Origin: Marsupella aquatica
Lineage: Eukaryota; Plantae; Marchantiophyta
Reading direction: 5' to 3'
Assembly (NCBI GenBank): GCA_973895155.1
Contig: OZ316899.1
Span: 581,573 to 645,572, forward strand
DNA length: 64,000 nt
Shown piece after piece: positions 1-11,168 of the stretch. The notes beneath the pieces were generated by a model. That model was not told where the DNA came from. It was given only the letters and a program-made list of their open reading frames with translations, and searched no databases. The position numbers and the translations under genes were made by a program. Numbering within the stretch: position 1 is the stretch's first letter; each line of letters begins with the position of its first letter.

Positions 1-760
1 TTCATCGTTGACGGCTCCCTTCCTCTTCATCTCTGCTGCTGTGGAGGTTTCTCCTAGCACTGTTGCCTGGGTCCACCTTTCCATGCTACCCTTCAATTCC
101 CAGTGTATGTCGTTGCAGTTCTTGATGGCCTCTCGGATGCCGACGACGCTGTCTTTGCAAAACAGAAGATCGTCGAGCTGATTGGAAGTAGGAGTCCACA
201 AGAACTCATCTTTGATGAGTTCGCCTCCTAAGAAAGCCGTCTTCTGCAGCTCCCACAATCGAGCGAGCTCCTGCCATTCTCGAGCTGCCCTTTCTGATTC
301 CTCGTCCTCGTAAGTCTTGATGTACTCAGTTGCCCGTTCGAACAGGCATCCCCAAAAATGTGCCGCTTGATTGACGTTGCTCATACCCTCCTTAGGTCGA
401 TCGTCGGTATCTACTCTCTCCCCGAGTGCTTGCCTAAGCAGCTGACAGTAGTTGGCCTCCCGTAGTCGTCTGCCTAGTTCGTGCTCGCAAATGAGCCACC
501 ATCTCCTGCAAGCGCTCCTTACCCCTCTCCTCTTCAGGTCCTTCCTCCCGTTGATCCTTCCTAGCCGCCGACGCTTAACGTGCCCTAACCCTAATCGAGT
601 TTTCACCCCCAGCGTCCTTACCTCCGGCCTCGGCCCGGGTTCCATGGTTGCCCCTAATTGTTTATATTTTCCTTGTTTTGTCCCTATACTAAGGTGTTTC
701 TAGGGTGCCTTCCTGCTTTACCCACTTAACTGGTCGAGTGATTCCTGTCTAGGCATCACA
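1..760 (-). repeat. 3' LTR of element A (partial)
   Basis: Direct repeat of 24603..25362; the TG terminus at 760 abuts the PPT. Confidence 0.95.
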
Positions 761-775
761 TAGCTCCCCACTTAA
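761..775 (-). promoter_or_regulatory. Polypurine tract (PPT) of element A, TTAAGTGGGGAGCTA
   Basis: Purine-rich tract directly upstream of the LTR TG; identical 15-mer at 11169..11183 in element B. Confidence 0.9.
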
Positions 776-800
776 TTGTGAAGCGTCCTCGCGAACAACT

Positions 801-1784
801 TCATCTTCGTCCATATAGTATTTCTTTGAGGCGGTCATAATGGATGTGAACTGGATACACCTCTCCCGTAATGTTGGCCAATTGTACGGATCCATTGGAG
901 AACTTCATGGTTACTCTAAAGGGTCCTAACCAGTGAGTGTAAAGCTTTCCTGGAAACCTACTATACCTACTGTCATAAAGTAGCACAAGATCACCGGTGT
1001 GAATACTAACTACTTTCAACTTTTTATCATACTGCTGCTTCATGATATTCTGTCTATATTCTACTCTCTCGGCTGAAATCATTCTCGCCTCCTCTAAAGC
1101 TTCTAACCTATATTCTCGCTCCTTTAGGCTCTCCTCCGCTGAGGCTCTTTCCTCAATTGTAACTTGAAATGTCGGTATCTCAAGTTGCATGGGTACCAGG
1201 GCTTCTTGTCCAAAGGTTAAGAAGAAGGGTGTATGACCGGTAGTGGATTTATAGGCTAGATTGTAAGCAAAAATAGCAGCAAACAATTTATCATCCCAAT
1301 CGAGTTTGTTCTGAGCTACTGTCTTGTTCAATATCTTTCCTATAATTCCGTTTGCTCGTTCTGTCAACCCATTTGCCTTTGGGTGGTAGGGAGTAGTAGG
1401 CCTATGCCTAACTAAATACTGCTCATTTAAACGACTAATTATATCATTCAGAAAATGGGTTCCTCTATCACTAACTAATTCTAGGGGTGCTCCATACCTG
1501 GTGAAGATCTGCTCATACATGAATCTAGCCGTAGTAATTGCATCATCCTTCGTTGTCGGTCTGGCCTCTACCCATTTAGTTGCATAATCCGTAGCCAGGA
1601 TTATGTACTTGTTCCGTCGAGGGTGGGTCAGTGGTTTCAGAGGTCCGATGTAATCAATACCCCACTTCTCGAATGGTGCCAGAGGTAGAATAGGGTGTAG
1701 TGGATGTCTGGTGGACGCCCTTGGTCCTCCCGCTCGTTGACAAGGATCGCATTGTTTGATAAATTGATAGACATCCTTGTGCAA
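801..1784 (-). pseudogene. Element A integrase (frameshifted from RT-RH ORF)
   Basis: CDPCQR zinc-finger half, WGIDYIGP (D), SDRGTHF (D), NGLTERANG (E), C-terminal WLGPF; frameshift near 1800 breaks the expected KIL-AGYWWPTL motif. Confidence 0.92.
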
Positions 1785-4017
1785 GGTGGGCCACCAATAA
1801 CCGGCATTTTAATATCTTCTTAGACATGGTTACTGGGGCAAAATGTCCTCCGGCCTCTTCTCCATGCATGGCCCGTAGGACTCGTTTTACCTCTCCCTTT
1901 TCCAAACACCTTTGAATCATGCCGTTGATTCCATGCTTGTGCAGTATGCCTTTAATGCACTGATACTGTCCGACCTTCCGCACAAAGACTGCGGCTTGCT
2001 CTCGGCTTAATCCTGGCTGTAATCTGGAAGTGCTGAGAAAATGTAAAATCTCAGGGTACCATGTATCAGCTATTTCCACAACGAATAGCTCCTCGTTGGG
2101 GAATCGATCATCGATGCAATCCGTGGCAGGTTCACCTATGATCCTTGAAAAGAAGTCGGCATTGGCGTGTAACTTTCCCGGCTTGATCCTCAGCTCATAG
2201 TCAAACTCCTGTAATAGCAAAATCCATCTTGCTACTCTGCCTGTAAGGTCCGGCTTATTGACTAGGTACTTCAAACTTTCATGATCGGTATGAAAGATTA
2301 CCTTGTACCCTAGTAAATAATGCCTAAACTTTTTACAAGAATAAATGACTCCTAATGCTTCTCTCTCTGTGGTGGAGTAGTTCCGTTCGGCATCGGCAAG
2401 CTGACGGCTTGCGAAGTATATGGGATGGTCCCTTCCTTTCTCATCCAACTGACTTAGTACTGAGCCAATACAGAAGCCCGAGACATCTACAAAAACATGA
2501 AAATCTTTGTTCCAGTCCGGTGCTATCATGACTGGGGCCTCTACTAACATCTGTTTCAGTTCTACCACCGTTGTGACTCGTTCGGGTGTGGGTTCGAAGT
2601 CTGCTCCTGTCTTGAGCATGTTGGTTAATGGTAAAGCTAGCTTGGCAAAATCCTTGATGAACCGGCGATAGTAACCAATGCATCCCAAGAAGGATCTTAC
2701 ATCCTTTATGTTCTTAGGTTGCATGATATCTAGCCATACTGCTAGCTTACCTTTGTCAATCTCAATGCCCTTCCTTGATACCTTGTGACCTAGTAGCACC
2801 CCCTCGGTTACTACAAAGAAACATTTATGTGGGTGTAACTTGAGACCCACCTCTCTACATCTCATGAAGGTTTTCCTGAGGTATTTAGCATGTTTCGATG
2901 CCTTCCCGAATACTGCAAAGTCATCAATGAAGATTTCCATGAACTTTCTCAAGTAATCATGAAAAATGTTCACCATTAATCGTTGAAACATAGCTAGTGC
3001 GTTGCAGAGTCCAAACGGCATACGATTGAAGACATAGATCCCCCATTCCGTGATGAAGGCCGTCTTGATTTGGTCTTCCTGCCGAATCCTGATTTGGTTA
3101 TAACCAGAGTACCCATCCATGAATGAATATAGTTCATGACTGGCTACCATGTCTAGTACCATATCAGTAAACGGTAAAGGAAAATGGTCTTTTAATGTTG
3201 CTTCATTCAGCTTCCTGTAATCCTGACAAACCCGGATCTTGGGTTTACCATCGGGTCCAGCTTTCTTGGGAACTATCACAATTGGAGACACCCAGTCTGA
3301 ATGTAGGATTGGAGTGATGAATCCAGCTTCCACTAGTTTGTCGATTTCCGTTTTGACCAGCAGGGAATACTTCGGGTTCATCCTTCGAATTGGTTGTCGA
3401 AATGATTTGGCTCCTAACATGAGATCAATTCGATGTTCCCCTAGTGTTGGATCTACTCCCTTTAGATCTTGGTGACTCCATGCAAACACATCCTGAAATT
3501 CAATCAATAAGTCACTGATCTCTTTCTCGAGCTCAGGTGCTAGGTTTCTCCCTAAGTTCAGTTCTCTTCCCTCTCCTAAGTCGAGCTTCCGATATTGCCG
3601 TGCTTGGATCATATTAATCTGCTTCTTCAAATTCGGGTCCAGTTCGGCTTCCAGTCTCTCCAATCTCATACCTCCATAAACTGGAATCTCGGCTGGACTA
3701 GCCGAGTCGGTCCCTTCCTTGGTGTCCATAGATTGTCCCCTTGCCGGTCTATCCGGTTTTGAATTGGTGGTCGGCTCCCCTTCCTGCCTTGGCTCTGGAT
3801 TGTGTCTGAGCATCTCATCCACCTCTTGCTCCTGAGGGTCAGGCCGCTGTGCTCTCCCGGCTTCTAATAGGGCCTCAATTTGTTCTGCCCTCGTAATCGG
3901 CTTGTATGCCGATCCCTTGGTATTTAATTCCTTGCCGATGATCGATGGCGTTGTGAACCCTGCCGGCTCTGCCACAACGCCTGCAGAAAATCCACTGTCC
4001 CTGCTACTGCTCCCCAC
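1654..4017 (-). pseudogene. Element A reverse transcriptase, RNase H and integrase N-terminus
   Basis: WVSPIVIVPKK, DYRKLN, DGYSGYNQI, MPFGLCNA, FIDDFAV; RNase H VDVS...NYSTTEREAL...HTDHESL; GGHF. Confidence 0.95.
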
Positions 4018-6917
4018 TTAGCCGTTTCATCCAATTGGTCTACATCCTTTACTTCCTCCGGAATTGCAGCTAAAAAGGTGGATTCTATTGTAAAGCAGTC
4101 CTCGACCTCTTCGTCTTCTTCTTCTAAGTCACCTTCCATTGGTTCTTGCCATAATCCGCTGGGGGGTACCTCCGGTCCAAAGACACTTTCTTCGGTTAGG
4201 TCAGTGAGGCATTCTAACCAACGTACTTCATCGGCTGACTCCAATCCACTATCGTACCCATCTACTTCCCTTATGCTTTTCCTACGGTCATCCTTAGTGT
4301 CCCAGGATACCGTGATAGAGGGGGTCCCAAAAGTGAACTGCTTTTTACCCCAATCTTCTATTACCTCGGCTAGGTACAGCCATGGCCTACCAATCAATAG
4401 CCGGAATGACGTAGGATTTACCGGCTTCATTACCACATAGTTAATGCTAAAAAAGATACCTCCTATCTCTGTCTTGATGCCGGTTAACACTCCCGTGGGA
4501 ATGACCTGATATCCATTGGCCATGTTCAACACTCTTCCAGTCATCTCCGGTGTTAGACCCCATCCTTTTGCTGTTGAATCAATCATAATACATACCCCTG
4601 ATCCTCCATCGATGGGTACCCGTAGTAATAATTCTCCTTGAATCATTAATGGTAATGCTGGGGCTCCTTGATCTTCTTCTATCATTAGTACGTCGGATCT
4701 GGTTGCTACCTTGGGTAATCTCGGCTTGCCGAGAATAGCCTTCCTTAATTGCTTCCGGAAGTACGGGCTATTTTTCAATAGTTGACCTACTGTTGCCGAG
4801 ACTCTAGATTCTAGTACATCTTTAGCCAGGTCATAGGGAACAATCGGCTTCTCCTCTGGTGGTGTCTCCGTCTTGGATTCGGCCAGTTTTGCCACGCTAG
4901 TCTCCACAGCTGTTGGGTCCTCCGAAGCAAACAATGCTTTTGCTCGTTTCACATCCTTGGCAATGGCTTCGGTATTCTCCAGGGTTTCTAATTCTCTCAG
5001 TTGTTCCTTAACACTAGCCGTAACAGAGGGGTAGAACAACTTAGGATGATCTCGATTGAAGTCGCTATCTTGTGAAGGATTGGGTTCACTGGTGGGCTCA
5101 TGGCTTACCTGTATTGCCGGAGCCCTCCCTTCTCCTTCCGTTGATGTTGACGAAGAGTCGATCTTTTCCTCCGTAACCTTCCCTTTATTTTTGGCCAGCC
5201 CATCCCACCTTTCCTTCCTTCTTGTAGATCGAGTAGAGACCCGGTAGCAATCATGATCTAAATCCTCTTCTGAGAAGGTTGATAGGGCTTCGGCCTCATC
5301 ATCAGATGGTACGAACTCTGCCTCGACATCCTCTTGCCATCCTAGTTCGATGTGGTTGATTTGAACTCCTCCGGGGGTAGTACCTGGCGGTAAGACCTTG
5401 ACCGGCAAAAGTTTATGATTTGCGGCCAGGCCTGCCAACCAAGTAGGACATTGCCCTAGCATATGACCTTCCTGTCGGCATCCCATACATAGCTGAGCTG
5501 GTTGTCCATCACCCTGTTTGCGTGCATTCGGGCATTCTCTAGCAAAATGGCCAGGTTGACCACAATTATAGCATGCCGCAAATCTTTGCACATTCGGCCT
5601 AGGAGGTACAGACGGGTTCTGAATAATCCGAGGATACATCTCTCCTGGATTGTTCCTTAACCCTGACCACAGGGATGCAGGTCTGTTGGATAGGTCTCGT
5701 GCTCCAGTCTCACTGATGCCGAAAACACTATCAGCGGCATCTCCTAAAAAGTACTCTACTTCTCCCTGACTTGGTCTGATCTCGGCCACATGCCGAACAT
5801 GATTAGTATTAAGCTTAGGACACGCATCTTTATGGTGTCCGGTTTTATAACATAAGGCACACCATACAGAGCTATCCTCCTGTACTACCTTCTTCTTTGG
5901 TTTTACCTCTGCAATTATAGCCTTAAGTTGCTCTGTAAGGGCTACGATGTTATCTGGTGGCTTAGCCTCCAGCTTGACTTTCGTCTTCCCTCTCCTTCTG
6001 CCCTTCCTTTTCCTAGTTTTTTCTTCTTCAGAACTAGAAGATGACTCACTCTTGCTACTTCCACTATCCGAGCTTGAGTTATCACTTCTTGACTTCTTAG
6101 AATGTTTCTTCTTCTTATCTTTTTTCTTATGGGGTGATCCCTCCTCTGATGAGGAACTCTCAGACTTAAGCTGTTTCTTCCGGCTTGTGATATCTACATT
6201 AATGTATAATTGAATATCCTTAATTGCTTCGGCTAAAGTCTACGGGTTCTCCTTCCTAATTGCAAAACTCATCTTCTGTGGCAAAGCATTCACCAACCAT
6301 TGAAGTTGCATACCTTCAGATGCATTGGTCTTTGTACGTCTTACCAGTTTCTGAAAGCGTTGCAAGAACTTCCTGAAGGATTTGTTCTCCTTGAACCAAA
6401 GTCGTCCCAACTTCAGCACTGCTAGTTCTGAAGTTCCAATAGGTCGAAACTCCTTAACAAAGAGTGTTTTGAAGATATCCCAGATGGCTTGATCTTCCAC
6501 ATCTAATGCTCTGTACCAAGGCCTAGCCTCACCCTTGAATAGGCCGGGAAGAATCTGCATCTTGATGGCCGATTCTCCATTTGCTGCAGCGGTTCCCTCG
6601 AAATCATCCAACCATTCGTCCGGATCCTCATCTCCTCTCCCATGAAATGCCTTGTAATGTATGCGCGACCGTTGGCTCAGTCTGGTCCCTGGCCTCTCGT
6701 CTGGTCGTGCCTCTGGTTCCCCCATGTCGGTTGGAGACTCACTTCTCCTTACCGACTCTTCTTCTGGTATGTCTTCTTCGACGCCACTTCCAGTTTCGGA
6801 GCTACTAGCTCTTTCTGCCCCTCTCAGTCGCTGTGTATCATGCCACACTGCGAGCTGCTACAGTCGAGCTCTCTCCCGTTGAATCACTCTTTCTTCCCTC
6901 GGCGTAAGATCAGTCAT
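3924..6917 (-). pseudogene. Element A gag and aspartic protease with premature stops
   Basis: ATG at 6917 (MTDLTPREER, TAG stop soon after); gag FHGRGDEDPDEWL...QWLVNALP; CCHC knuckles CYNCGQPGHFAREC and CMGCRQEGHMLGQC; protease PIDGGSG...LLIGRPWL; in-frame stop at 6240. Confidence 0.9.
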
Positions 6918-6964
6918 TACCTACGCTTCCTTTCTAACTTCATATCTCACGGCTTAAGAAATGC

Positions 6965-6982
6965 CCCCTCCATCTAGCGCCA
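6965..6982 (-). promoter_or_regulatory. Primer-binding site of element A, TGGCGCTAGATGGAGGGG (tRNA-Asn-like)
   Basis: 4 nt from the LTR end. The complement CCCCTCCATCTAGCGCCA differs by one base from the plant tRNA-Asn 3' end as I recall it (CCCCTCCTTCTAGCG-CCA). Confidence 0.8.
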
Positions 6983-6986
6983 AAAA

Positions 6987-7330
6987 TGTGGTGCGTCCCA
7001 TGGCTCCCTAAACCCAAGAAACCCCCCAGCTCAAGCCGATTCCCGCAGGTTTCGCGCTTGGCGAGGCCATTTCCGCGGCTTAGCGGCATGAGACGCTACT
7101 AACCTTCTACTATTACTATTAACATTTTACACACATATACTGGACAGATCCTTCATCGGGTCATGAGATACGTAGCCGGCCTAATCTAGGCCTTCCCTCG
7201 TCTTCCCCTCCGTCTTGTTAGGTATGTTTGGATTCCGCCGCCGGAATGATCCCCAATAGGTTTGGTTAAGCCGCTAAGACCTCTCTCAGCTCGACACATC
7301 CAACTCTCACTCCCCTGCTTACTTTCCTTC
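6987..7330 (-). repeat. 5' LTR of element A, distal 344-bp piece (split by element B)
   Basis: Begins TGTGGTGC, the inverted match to TGTGATGC; ends in the TSD CCTTC (7326..7330). Confidence 0.9.
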
Positions 7331-10300
7331 TGTCGCACCCCTACCCTGGGCCTTAAATCCGGGTTAGTGTCGTGGTGCGACCTCGACCACCAGTAGGGGA
7401 GAGGGTTCGGGCAAGGAGGTGTGTAGTGACCTTCAATAGCCCTAAGTCGGGCTAAGCCGCTATACTTACTGGTATAACACTCGCATAATTCGTACTTGTC
7501 ATAGGTATATTTATTTTCCACCGCTGGAATTTTCCCTCAGTTAGTGACGCGGACTAACTCCCGACTTGGGGCTTTTCAAGCCATCGACGTGACAGGACCT
7601 TGTGACATGCAATGAGTGGCAATCCCTACCATTAGTCCGCACCCGGTACGTCCCTTAAAATGGCGCCTTTGCCCGGACAAAGCATACACACAACACCAGT
7701 TACTCTCAGAAACATTAAGGGGAAAAGACTACATTTACTCAGCGAAGCATCAGTTTACATGGTTGACTCGACTTCAAAGGGGGTCAGCAGGCCCAACGGT
7801 AGTCGATGCCCAGTCTCTACGAGGCCCTGCCTCGCACTTGTCCAGCAAGCTCGACTCTGGCTCTCACTCCTTGGTACGCTCTGACCCTACTCAGGCCGGG
7901 ACTCCCCGTGCCTCGCCTTTCTTCTGCTGAGATAACTAAGCCTTCTCCCCCTTCCCATTGCGGAAGGGGAAGCCTAAATACTACCATAGCGGAAGAGAAC
8001 CGGAGGATACTACCTTCCGGGGTACTACCTACTGACTAACTAACTGCTGACTACCGGTCGCGCTGCACTGACCGGTTGACCGTCGACTACGAGTGTGCCA
8101 ACCGGAATGGCAGCGGCCAAGCCTACTGACAAACTCTAGTCCGTTGATGGACTCAATCCTACGTTGGCTGATCCTAACTGACCGGCCCTAATTCTTCCTA
8201 CTGCCGCTAATCGGCGCCTAATGACAGTCATTCTGTCGTTACGCCTAACTAAAAGATGCCGCTGACTTAACCGCCTCGCGCGGCGCCTGCTTCTACCCTT
8301 CGCTAACTACCCCTTACGTGTGTGCAGTGGTTGGACCAGGGCTGGTCCCCTTGTCGGGGCGAGACCTCGAGCCGCCTTGATCAGAGGTGGGCCCAGGTTT
8401 TCCCCGCTGGAGGACGAGCAGGGTGACGCGGTCCTGCAAAGCCTTGTTGTCCCGTAATGCTTCCTCCGCCTCGTTTGCAGCTTCGTCGGCTTCAGTCTGG
8501 AGCCGCGCCACCTCCAAGTTGAGCTGGTCGATGGCGTCGCGATGGACCTGGTCCTGCGCTAGCAATTTATCTTGTTCGGCAGAGAGACTAGCCACCTGCT
8601 GTGCTGCCTGCAGGAATTGTTTGTTGAGGTCGGTCAGGCTGGTAACCCGAGCCGAAGATTCTGAGCGTAATTGAAGCACGGTGTCGTCCAGCTTCTTGAG
8701 TTCGGCCTGCGCTCCGCTTAACTCCTGGGTTAGTCCGTCCCTCTGTTCGACAGTGTGGACTAAATCCTCGCGGCGGGTCGTTGCCTCCTCCTCGAGGTGC
8801 TCTACCAGCATCTGGAGACGCCCGATCTCATTCCCCTTCGCCATGAGTTCTTCTTCCAAGCGGCTGACGATCCGTGGTTGGTGCTCTAACATGAAGAAGG
8901 CTGGCTGAAAGTACGCCGAGACTTGTTGTCCGATGTATGTCGCCAACTCCCCAGACATAGTCTGGCTAAACTTCTGGACCAGGTCGTAGGCCATGGTCCC
9001 CGAGGCTACTTGGTAGTCCTCCATCCTCTCGGGTACCGGTGGTTCCTCGGCAGGGGCAATGAGCTCCTCCGTAGTCAGCGCTGGGGAGGGGAAGGTTTCT
9101 TCAGGTGGTGGAGGGATTGGGGGTGGTTGTACTGCAGGTAGCGGAGGCTCAACGGAAGGAGGCGGTGGAATTTCCACAGGGGGCGGTTGCGGAGTATTAG
9201 TCGGGGCTTCCGGCTCGGGGTTTGTCCGAGGGACAGTAGTCCGCGTAGTCGGGGTTGCCTCCTCTGGGGCGGGGGTGACATTACCCGGGGCTGAGGTGGC
9301 CGTATTCTTTCCTCTGGCCTCCCGCCGTGCCTTGTACCAGGCGAGGATAATGGCGATATGACTCCCCAAGTAAGTCTTCCCTCCAATAGCCATACCACCC
9401 TGAGCCCGCTTCAGCTCCCCCGAGAATCTTCGGTAGAAGAATTGGGCCCAGTTTCGTCGTTTGTACTGTTCCACCTGCACTATCGTGCAGAGGGAAATCT
9501 CGGATCGTGGCTCAATCATGTGTAGGGTAGTCCGTATGAAGTTAAGCCGCTCCATACAGGTTAAGTTGGTGCACGCCCCCTGCTTGTATCCGTTGTCCGT
9601 CTTACCCTCGGGTTTGAAGTGCCGCGGCGTATACTCCTTATCCCGAATTCAGATTTCCACCGGCACCGGCCCGATTGGTAGGCCAAAAATTTGCGTTAAC
9701 CGATGCTCCGTGAGTGATAAGGTCTGCCCCGAAACCTTGGTGGTTGACGCATCAGTGTCGAAATTGGAGATGAACTCACAAATCTCCTTCGGCCCGGCGG
9801 CGCACGGCCTCCATAGTAAGTGGGCGAACCGCTCCAACTGATGCTCCTTGAGATAGTCCGCATGTTCGAGTTTCTTGATCGCGATCCAGACTACCTCGGG
9901 GACGCGGATTACCTGTAATAAGTTGGACTTTGGGTTATCTGGGGGCCGTCGGGTCTGGTTGGTCGGGGGGTTTGCCGGGGCAGGTGCAGGCGTGGCGTCG
10001 GTCCGTGTTGATTCGGGGGCCGTCGTAGTCCTTGACCGCTTACGAGGACGCTGTTCGAGTTGCGGACTAGCTCGCTCGGAACCCAAAGAACACTCCGCGT
10101 TGATTACTGGACGGACTTGGGACTGGTTCGGCGGTACTCCGGTGGTCATCGGTTGAGGCGCTGGGGTAGCCATATCCCAGTTGAAGGCGTTGGAGCTTTC
10201 CCCGAGGAACGTGAGATTACGCGCCGCTTCCCGTTGTCTGCTGATGTCTTCTTGGCGCTTTTCGGCTGCGATCTGCTGGTCTAGGTACCCCGGAATCTTG

Positions 10301-11168
10301 TCGAACTCCGCTTGAGTAAGCCGCTGGTTGCCCTTCAGCTTAAAGAACTTAGCTGGAACCTCAAGAATCGCCTCTGCTACCGATCTAAGCCCTTCCTCGC
10401 TGAGATATAGTTCGGTGATGTAGTCTCGCAGCTCGTTATAGCTAGAATCCCTGGTGATGGCTGTCCTTTCGCAATTAACCAGTGCTACCTTAGTTACCAG
10501 CTTTGCGTACCTTTGTTCGTAAGCGGCTTTCTCGGGGCAAGAGTACCAGTAAGTCTCGGAGAACTTAGCACCTACCTCGCCAAACAAGGTCCAAAATCCC
10601 AAGGCTGTGAGGGTCATACTAACCTCGTAGTCCGGTTTGTTGCGTCCACGTTCCCACCTGGCTGGTCCTTTTTTGCGGAGGCCTCGCTCGTCCTGACTAA
10701 ATCTCGCCACATTCCGCTCTTCTCCCTCGATAATTTCCTCGTAAAGGTCGACTGGATTCAATCAAAAAGGCGAGCGGATGGCAGCGTCCGTGAATTCCAA
10801 AAAGGTAAACGTGAGCGAATGGCCCGCAGTGCCATCGGCTCCTCTCTTATGGGGGTGCCCGGACGAGCCCGAGCGTGAGAAGGTCAGGCCGTTTGGTCAT
10901 TGATAACGAGCTGAAGTCGGCGTCTCGGTCCAAGCGTGATTCTTCTAACTGATTTTTACTCCGCTGCCGCCACCGTACCTCGGTCGTGCGTAATAATCCC
11001 TTTCCTGAACTCGTAATTATTTGGTTATCTTAACCTACTCCTAATCTAATCATAATGGCAACTTGACGGCTATACGTGCTATTCTACGCTATGGCTACGG
11101 TCCTAATGACCGTATAAGTCCTAATCTACGACCTGGGTTCGGTCAAGTGACACGTTACCCGTGTCACA
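7331..11168 (-). repeat. 3' LTR of element B (3838 bp)
   Basis: Near-identical to 17193..21030 (about 17 substitutions by manual count); AATAAA on the minus strand near 7510. Confidence 0.97.
8314..10761 (-). CDS. LTR-encoded protein of element B (one frame, single TGA at 9649..9651): conserved FGLP/NG-C/NWA domain, Pro-rich linker, coiled coil
   Basis: ORFs 9649..10761 and 8314..9555 are in the same frame; the codons between them are open apart from that TGA (VEI*IRDKEYTPRHFKPEGKTDNGYKQGACTNLTCMERL). Confidence 0.8.

Noticed and set aside
4590-4620. Protease active site DGG instead of DTG/DSG
   Set aside because: Present in both A and B and a known variant in Tat-related Gypsy proteases.
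5947-6213. Ser/Lys-rich low-complexity tract, also at about 16140..16330
   Set aside because: Ordinary disordered gag spacer between capsid and zinc knuckles.
7186-7521. ORFs 7186..7521 and 16955..17383 beginning MENKYTY
   Set aside because: GTG start in the LTR poly(A)-signal region; they cross the LTR boundary and diverge there; no domain recognisable.
8314-9555. LTR ORF as an env-like protein
   Set aside because: No signal peptide or full-length transmembrane helix; the only hydrophobic patch (HIAIILAWY) is short and part of the shared domain.
8387-10878. Many plus-strand ORFs over the LTR genes, pol genes and CACTA exons (e.g. 8387..8674, 21751..22392, 4078..4440)
   Set aside because: Antisense shadows of real coding frames with biased S/A/L composition.
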